64,000 nt of DNA from an uncultured Bacteroidota bacterium (GTDB taxonomy: Bacteria > Bacteroidota > Bacteroidia > 2-12-FULL-35-15). Location of the stretch: the NCBI GenBank assembly GCA_963727705.1, contig CAVSHK010000017.1, positions 9,012 to 73,011 of the forward strand, given 5' to 3'. Positions 58,270-64,000 of this stretch are shown here, piece after piece. The stretch's first letter is position 1. Each line of letters starts with the position of its first letter. The notes under the pieces were generated by a model. That model was not told the origin of the DNA. It did not search any database and worked only from the letters and a program-made list of their open reading frames with translations. A program made the position numbers and the translations under genes.

Positions 58270-61200
58270 ATGAAAAAATTATGTTTATTAGTATTTGGCA
58301 TCACATTGTTATACGGCAATGTTGGTATAGCTCAATGTGTAGTTGATTTCAGTACTTCTAGTGATCAATGCTCCGCATTGCCGGTTGCAGTTAACTTTAC
58401 TTATTCAGGAACAAATAATGGCGGTCCTTGCGGTGTCACCTACAACTGGAATTTTGGGGCGGGAGCAACACCTGCTACTTCTACAGCACAAAATCCATCG
58501 GTAAGTTATTCAACTGCAGGTGCTAAAACTGTGTCGTTAACAGTAACTGCAATTGGAGGTTTTGGATGTGGGGGGGCAAGCTGTGCAGGAGGCGTAACAA
58601 CTACTAAAATTATTAATATTGCTACTAAACCAAATGTAAGCTTTACTTCAACAGGGCCTAAGTGCGTTAATTCATCAGTAGATTTTACTAACAAAGCAAA
58701 CAATGCCGGGCAAGATTCATTAACATATAATTGGGACTTTGGTGCAGGCGCAACACCGAGAACGTCAACAGCTCAAAATCCGAAAGGAATAATTTATTCA
58801 ACTTCAGGAACTAAATCGGTAACATTTCAAATTGCAAATTCAATCGGTTGTGTTAATACTTCAGTTCAAAACATTGCCATTGAAGCAACTCCAACTGCAA
58901 GTTTTTCATCAACAGCACCAAAATGCACATTGGATACAGTGGAGTTTACGAATACCAGTACCGATTCAGCGGGTGCGATTTATTCATGGAGTTTCGGCTC
59001 TGGAGCTACAGCGCTTTCGGCTCTCAACAGCTTGAACTTTCTCAAACCAAATAGCGGAGTAGTATATTCAACTGCCGGCACCAAAATAATAACATTAATT
59101 GTTACAAATAACAACTCCAAAAGTTGTGCAGATACCGTTACTCAAACTATAAATATTAATAAGACACCTATTGTAAATTTCTCATCCACAGCGCCTAAAT
59201 GTGTCAATGCAGTTGTAAACTTCACTAATACCGGAGATTCGGATTCAACATATACATATAATTGGGATTTTGGGGCAGGCGCTTCTCCGGCAAATTCCAT
59301 ATCTCAAAAACCTACGGGAATTATTTACGCTACTTCAGGAACAAAATCTGTAACATTTAAAATTCAAACAACCGAGGGCTGTTCAAATTCAACTGTAAAA
59401 AACATAACAATCGAAGCAACTCCAATTGCAAATTTCTCATCAACAGCGCCTAAATGTACTTTGGATACAGTGGAATTTACTAATACCAGCACTGATACAA
59501 TCAACCCTTCTTATTTATGGAGTTTAGGTTCAGGAGGTACGGCCATTTCTGCTCCTTTAAACAGTCAAAATTTCATTAAACTCAATAATAGTGGAGTAAT
59601 ATATTCTACAGCTGGGACTAAAATCATAACTTTAATTGTTACAAACAGTAATTCCAATAACTGCGCGGATACCATCACTCAAACAATTAATATCAATCAA
59701 ACACCTACCGTAAACTTCACTACGGCTTTTACAAATCCAAATAAATGTGTAAATGCACCTGTAAACTATACAAATACTGGAAGTACCGGATCCACATTGT
59801 CTTATAACTGGGATTTTGGAAATGAAGCCAAACCTTCATCATCCAGTGCTGAAAATCCAAAAGGGGTAATATATTCTTCATCCGGTATTAAAACAACTAC
59901 TTTCGAAGTAAAAAGCGTAGAAGGTTGTTTCAGCTCAATGACTCAAACTTTTACAATTGCTACAACACCAATTGCAAATTTTACATCCACAGCTCCGCAG
60001 TGTACAGGTGTACCTGTAAATTATACTGCAACAGGAACTACCTCAAACGTTAATTTTGTATGGAATTTTGGAGCAAATGCCTCGCCAACATTTTCTAATA
60101 CTGCGGTTTCAAAAGTTTCAGGGGTATTTTATTCAGTGGCCGGTGTTCAAACAGTTACATTAATTGTAACTAATCCCAACAATTGTGCTGATACGTCTAT
60201 CCAAACCATTAACATTAACCAAACACCCGCGGCAAGCTTCACTACCAATGCTCCACAATGCGTAGGGCTACCTTTAGCATTTACAAATACTGGAAGTACA
60301 GGTGGTTTCATTGCTCCGGGAAGTACCGGAGGACAATGGTCATATGGTTGGGACTTCGGACCAGACGCATCACCCAGATCTTCTTCTTCCGAAAATCCTG
60401 TTGGCATAACTTATTCAAGCGGAGGGAATAAATTGGTTACGCATACTGTATATAACCAGTATTGTACTAAAACAGATACTCAAACAGTTGTAACAATATA
60501 TGCGTTGCCTGTTGCTAATGCAGGAAAAGATACTACAATTTGTGCTAACACAAGTGTTAAAATTGGAACACCCAAAATAGGTAATGATATTTACAGTTGG
60601 TTTGCAACATCTACGTTGGACAATGGAAATATTCCTCAGCCAACAGCAACTCCCGTTGCTTCTAATACACAATACATAGTTACAGTAACAAATCCTATTA
60701 CAAATTGTGTTAATAAAGACACTGTTAGTGTGACAATGTTAGCACCCTTGGTTGCTAATGCAGGTGCTGATGTTGTAATTTGTCGTTACGATAGCGTGCA
60801 ATTAGGAGCAGCCTTAGTGAAAGGACAAAAATATATCTGGTCGCCAATGGCCGGATTGAGCGACAAAACCTCACCGAATCCAACGGCTAGCCCTGATTCA
60901 ACTATTATATATAAACTAACAGTTACAGGCAATTATTTAACTACTGGCGTAAGTTGTCCTGCTGTTACTGATGAAGTAATGGTAACTGTTCATCAGTTAC
61001 CAATTGTTAACGCAGGTCCAAATGATTCTATAACAAAAGGTTCCAGCATACAATTAGTTGCTACCGGAGGACTCCAATACGAATGGACACCTCCTAATGG
61101 ACTTAGTAATCCTGGAATAAATACTCCTGTTGCGAGTCCTGAAATTACAACTAAATATACCGTGCATGTAGTGGATATTTACGGTTGTAAAAATGAAGAT

Positions 61201-61503
61201 AGTGTTCTGGTTACGGTACTAATACCTGCCGTATGGGTACCAAATGCTTTTACACCTAATGGTGATGGAAAAGACGATGTTTTTATTGTACGAGGTCAAG
61301 GAATAAATGATTTTGAGTTTGGTGTATTCAATCGTTGGGGCGAACAAATTTTTCATAGTAATAACATGGCTACAGGATGGGATGGAACAAGACCTGTAAC
61401 AGGCGAGAATTTACCTCCTGGTGCATATGTTTACTATATAAAGGGAGTTAAAACAAATAATGAAGCCGTAAATATAAAAGGTATGGTAAATCTTATAAGA
61501 TAG
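58270..61503 (+). CDS. Secreted multi-PKD-domain surface protein with T9SS type-B C-terminal sorting domain
   Basis: 1077 aa with a signal peptide and about 8 PKD-like modules (..F.NTS....Y.WDFG.GA.P..S..QNP..I.YS.SG.K.VT..). Three repeats of about 75 aa follow (PVANAGKD..). The C-terminus is PNAFTPNGDGKDDVF...FNRWGEQIF...WDG...GAYVYYI. Confidence 0.88.
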   Translation: MKKLCLLVFGITLLYGNVGIAQCVVDFSTSSDQCSALPVAVNFTYSGTNNGGPCGVTYNWNFGAGATPATSTAQNPSVSYSTAGAKTVSLTVTAIGGFGCGGASCAGGVTTTKIINIATKPNVSFTSTGPKCVNSSVDFTNKANNAGQDSLTYNWDFGAGATPRTSTAQNPKGIIYSTSGTKSVTFQIANSIGCVNTSVQNIAIEATPTASFSSTAPKCTLDTVEFTNTSTDSAGAIYSWSFGSGATALSALNSLNFLKPNSGVVYSTAGTKIITLIVTNNNSKSCADTVTQTININKTPIVNFSSTAPKCVNAVVNFTNTGDSDSTYTYNWDFGAGASPANSISQKPTGIIYATSGTKSVTFKIQTTEGCSNSTVKNITIEATPIANFSSTAPKCTLDTVEFTNTSTDTINPSYLWSLGSGGTAISAPLNSQNFIKLNNSGVIYSTAGTKIITLIVTNSNSNNCADTITQTININQTPTVNFTTAFTNPNKCVNAPVNYTNTGSTGSTLSYNWDFGNEAKPSSSSAENPKGVIYSSSGIKTTTFEVKSVEGCFSSMTQTFTIATTPIANFTSTAPQCTGVPVNYTATGTTSNVNFVWNFGANASPTFSNTAVSKVSGVFYSVAGVQTVTLIVTNPNNCADTSIQTININQTPAASFTTNAPQCVGLPLAFTNTGSTGGFIAPGSTGGQWSYGWDFGPDASPRSSSSENPVGITYSSGGNKLVTHTVYNQYCTKTDTQTVVTIYALPVANAGKDTTICANTSVKIGTPKIGNDIYSWFATSTLDNGNIPQPTATPVASNTQYIVTVTNPITNCVNKDTVSVTMLAPLVANAGADVVICRYDSVQLGAALVKGQKYIWSPMAGLSDKTSPNPTASPDSTIIYKLTVTGNYLTTGVSCPAVTDEVMVTVHQLPIVNAGPNDSITKGSSIQLVATGGLQYEWTPPNGLSNPGINTPVASPEITTKYTVHVVDIYGCKNEDSVLVTVLIPAVWVPNAFTPNGDGKDDVFIVRGQGINDFEFGVFNRWGEQIFHSNNMATGWDGTRPVTGENLPPGAYVYYIKGVKTNNEAVNIKGMVNLIR
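58630..60223 (+). repeat. Tandem coding repeat: three copies of a di-PKD unit of about 535 bp inside the T9SS cargo gene
   Basis: Units start at about 58630, 59164 and 59701 and the array ends at about 60223. Units 1 and 2 are about 80-85% identical at DNA level by eye (for example the ..STAPKCTLDTVEFTNTSTD.. and ..YSTAGTKIITLIVTN.. blocks). Unit 3 is more diverged. Confidence 0.75.
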
Positions 61504-61554
61504 GCCCGCCCAACGCTAGATAAAGCTAAAAATAAATTCTTAAAAAAGAAATAC

Positions 61555-62574
61555 ATGAAAAATATATTCAACTTGCAAAAAAGTATTTTAACAATAATTT
61601 CACTTGCCATATTTTATAAAGGAAATGCCCAAGATCAGAGGTTCACTCAAGCATTATCAAATCCATTAACACTAAATCCCGCAATGATGGGGCTTAATTC
61701 CGATTTTAAATTTATTGGTCAGTATAGAAATCAATGGGGCTCAGTTAGTAGTGGTTATTCTACATACTCATTTACGGCATTAACTCCTATTTTTAATAAA
61801 GAAGATGGTTTTAATAAAATTAATTTAGGCTTTAACGCCACTAATGACGTAGCCGGAGCATACAGTAATCTAAATCTTTCGCTTGCCGCAGGATATAATC
61901 TGAAAATTTCAGACGCCAGCTTTTTGAATGTGTCATTTATGGGAGGAATGGTACAACGCACATTAAATACGAACAGTTTGTCTTTTGATCAACAGTATGT
62001 ATTGGGGTCATATAGTTCCAGTAACCCAAATAATGAAACTATTTTAAACAGAAAATTAACTTTTGCAGATATAAGCGCAGGGGCAATGTGGTATTCTGCA
62101 CCTGTAAAAATCAATTTAGGAAATGAACGTAAGATAAGTGGGTATGCCGGAGCATCTGTATTTCATTTAAACACACCAAATGAGTCGTTCACAGGTGGTA
62201 CGGCAAATTTACCAATGCGATTCTCTTATCAGGCAGGCTTTAAAATTATTGGCGATAAAATAGATGTAAGCCCTAATGCGTATGTAAATTATCAAAAAGG
62301 GAATAATAATTCAGCAATTGGAGCATTAGTAGATTATCGTATTGATGAAATAAATAAAGTTTCATTAGGTCTTTGGATAAGAGAGAAAGACGCGATAGCA
62401 TTTTGTGCAGGATACACTTGGTTGAATTTTCGTTTGATGTATAGTTACGATATTTCGGCAACATCACCTATCAGTAATTCTGCATCAACATTGGGTGCAC
62501 ATGAACTTACACTCACAGTCAAATTTGACAATACAAAACAAAAATATCTAAAAGTTATTCCTTCATATTTGTAA
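61555..62574 (+). CDS. PorP/SprF family type IX secretion system membrane protein
   Basis: 339 aa with a signal peptide. AQDQRFTQALSNPLTLNPAMMG...YRNQWGS is the PorP/SprF N-terminal pattern. The gene starts 51 nt downstream of the type-B cargo gene. Confidence 0.8.
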   Translation: MKNIFNLQKSILTIISLAIFYKGNAQDQRFTQALSNPLTLNPAMMGLNSDFKFIGQYRNQWGSVSSGYSTYSFTALTPIFNKEDGFNKINLGFNATNDVAGAYSNLNLSLAAGYNLKISDASFLNVSFMGGMVQRTLNTNSLSFDQQYVLGSYSSSNPNNETILNRKLTFADISAGAMWYSAPVKINLGNERKISGYAGASVFHLNTPNESFTGGTANLPMRFSYQAGFKIIGDKIDVSPNAYVNYQKGNNNSAIGALVDYRIDEINKVSLGLWIREKDAIAFCAGYTWLNFRLMYSYDISATSPISNSASTLGAHELTLTVKFDNTKQKYLKVIPSYL

Positions 62575-62619
62575 CCATGTCATTTATAAGTGCGATATTG
62601 CACCAAAATAAAAATTTAT

Positions 62620-62811
62620 ATGCAAACAGGAATAGTTAAGTTTTTTAATAATACCAAAGGATTTGGTTTTATTACACCTGCAGATGGTAGCGAAGATTTA
62701 TTCGTACATTTATCAGGGCTTGTAGACAAAATTAAAGAAAATGACCAAGTAAAATTTGAGGTACAAAAAGGCAAAAAAGGCCTTAATGCCGTTAATGTAC
62801 AACTTGCGTAA
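62620..62811 (+). CDS. Cold-shock domain protein (CspA family)
   Basis: From ATG 62620 the protein reads MQTGIVKFFNNTKGFGFITP..DLFVH (RNP1/RNP2 motifs), 63 aa. Confidence 0.9.
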   Translation: MQTGIVKFFNNTKGFGFITPADGSEDLFVHLSGLVDKIKENDQVKFEVQKGKKGLNAVNVQLA

Positions 62812-62833
62812 TACCAGTTTTGTAAACACTTCG

Positions 62834-62882
62834 AAACCGCATATTTTAAGTCGATAAAACTTAAAATATGCGGTTTTTTTAT
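62834..62882 (+). terminator. Rho-independent terminator after the cold-shock gene
   Basis: A 17-bp perfect stem, AAACCGCATATTTTAAG / CTTAAAATATGCGGTTT, followed by a T run. Confidence 0.8.
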
Positions 62883-62896
62883 TTCTTTAATGATTC

Positions 62897-63676
62897 TTAT
62901 TTTTTCTTTGATGCCATTTTCTCAAATGTTTCGTGATACTTTTCGTGATTGGTTCCCATCCATTTGTCCCAAAAATTAAAATATAAACCATAGTTATAAT
63001 CAAATAAACTATGATGCATGTTATGATGCGTTGAAGTATTGTTCCACCAAAACCATTTACTTTTGGTAAAACCTGCAGGATAAATTTCAAAACCAAGATG
63101 TCCCAATACATTAAGTATTGTGCTGAACATAATAAAAATAAGTAATGCTCCAAAATGGGTAGGCATTATAACAACAATAATGGGAACAATCGCCGCTTCT
63201 ATAAAACCCTCAAGAGGATGAAATGAAAATGCCGCCCATGGTGTTGGGTTGGTTGACTGATGATGAACTTTATGTATATAGGGATAAATTTTTTTGATGT
63301 GCATAAAACGATGCGCCCAATAAAAATAAGTATCGTGCAAAAAAATCATTACTACAATACTAAAAATAAAATATGTAACACCATAGTCGGAAATGTGTTT
63401 GTATTGCTGAGTATATCCCATCTTATTCATTATAGCCACAAGCAATCCAATTATAACGAAAATCAGCATATTCAACATAGAATATTTAAACTCAAACCAA
63501 ATTTTTAGTTTATCAGGAAAACGCTGCTGAATCTTTTTATATGTCCATTTTTCTTTCCATATCACATAAAATATAAGGTATGCAATACCAGCTAGAATAA
63601 GGTACCTCGCAGTACTTATTGAAAATGTTTTAATGGCTCGTTCAACCAATTCATTAATCGTAAAAATATTTCTCAT
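62897..63676 (-). CDS. Fatty acid hydroxylase / sterol desaturase family membrane protein
   Basis: 259 aa with histidine boxes HRFMH, HKVHH and HHNMHH and about 4 TM helices. Confidence 0.8.
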   Translation of the reverse strand: MRNIFTINELVERAIKTFSISTARYLILAGIAYLIFYVIWKEKWTYKKIQQRFPDKLKIWFEFKYSMLNMLIFVIIGLLVAIMNKMGYTQQYKHISDYGVTYFIFSIVVMIFLHDTYFYWAHRFMHIKKIYPYIHKVHHQSTNPTPWAAFSFHPLEGFIEAAIVPIIVVIMPTHFGALLIFIMFSTILNVLGHLGFEIYPAGFTKSKWFWWNNTSTHHNMHHSLFDYNYGLYFNFWDKWMGTNHEKYHETFEKMASKKK

Positions 63677-63801
63677 AGAAATCTATATAACTTTAAAACC
63701 AGGAACAATAAAGATTGAATTTTACATATATGCATAAATAACAATCTTAAATTAAAAAATTACACATAAAAAAACAAAAAGTACATTCTGCAATTTTAAA
63801 C

Positions 63802-63832
63802 AAAAAAAAAACACCACTATAAAATGGTGTTT
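63802..63832 (-). terminator. Rho-independent terminator after the partial ORF at the window end
   Basis: The minus strand reads AACACCA-ttttatag-TGGTGTT followed by T10. Confidence 0.6.
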
Positions 63833-63861
63833 TAAGCATACGTATGTTTTTCAACGCACAA

Positions 63862-64000
63862 TTAATTTTCTCTATATGAAGGTAATTTTCCTTCTTTTAT
63901 TAATTGTACACTTTTGCGTTTATGTTCTTCAAAATTACCAAAGCACAACGCATCAAGTAATTCTTGTTTAGTCATTTCGGGACAATCCAAAGCTACTCTT
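63862..64000 (-). CDS. 3' end of an unidentified ORF running off the window
   Basis: The minus-strand frame is open from the window edge to TAA 63862-63864 (..RVALDCPEMTKQELLDALCFGNFEEHKRKSVQLIKEGKLPSYREN). A hairpin followed by a T10 run lies just downstream. Confidence 0.35.
   Translation of the reverse strand, partial: RVALDCPEMTKQELLDALCFGNFEEHKRKSVQLIKEGKLPSYREN

Noticed and set aside
62887-63153. 88-aa ORF on the same strand as, and overlapping, the fatty-acid hydroxylase gene. Similar same-strand alternative-frame ORFs occur at 14475..14750 and 35457..35756.
   Set aside because: They are alternative frames of well-supported genes whose own frames carry the family motifs (histidine boxes, aminotransferase motifs). 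Nothing supports dual coding.
1-64000. Searched by eye for tRNA/rRNA genes, CRISPR repeat-spacer arrays, transposase, integrase or phage genes, toxin-antitoxin pairs and recognisable defence-system gene sets.
   Set aside because: None were found. All ORFs over 100 aa are accounted for by housekeeping or envelope families or by conserved unknowns, and the intergenic gaps are 410 nt or shorter. A by-eye scan can miss small ncRNAs, so tRNAscan/Infernal should still be run.

Overview
This is a roughly 35% GC chromosomal segment. It looks like Bacteroidota (Flavobacteriia/Cytophagia-like), judging from T9SS components, TAnnTTTG promoter boxes, RNase Y/ZapA and Bacteroidota-style TonB/ExbD proteins. 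I count about 55 protein-coding genes, mostly on the minus strand. I found no rRNA, tRNA, CRISPR array, transposase, integrase or phage genes. Content is housekeeping plus cell envelope. It includes two efflux operons (RND with an outer-membrane factor, and TolC-HlyD-FtsX-ABC) and an exbB-exbD-exbD-tonB-PstS-like-TPR cluster. It also includes T9SS parts: a PorQ-like protein, and a PKD-repeat cargo protein with a type-B C-terminal domain next to its PorP/SprF partner. Branched-chain amino acid and leucine catabolism is represented by ilvE, an orphan E2, HMG-CoA lyase and an acyl-CoA carboxylase beta subunit. Other genes cover nucleotide metabolism (pyrD, pyrE, apt), sucD, fabG, mnmE, rny, zapA and an OlsF-like bifunctional acyltransferase. 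The most unusual signal is 13 ORF-breaking indels in 10 genes. They concentrate in the envelope transport operons, an SF1 helicase and a K+ channel, while long neighbouring genes are intact. Many of the indels sit at short homopolymers, so sequencing error and real gene decay must be told apart. Other observations: two structured inverted-repeat elements flank the broken helicase; a perfect 16-bp palindrome lies in the leader of the carboxylase gene; the T9SS cargo gene contains a tandem di-PKD coding repeat of about 535 bp; and two promoters appear near-leaderless. I did not find convincing evidence of a novel multi-gene system such as a defence island, and I say so rather than inventing one.
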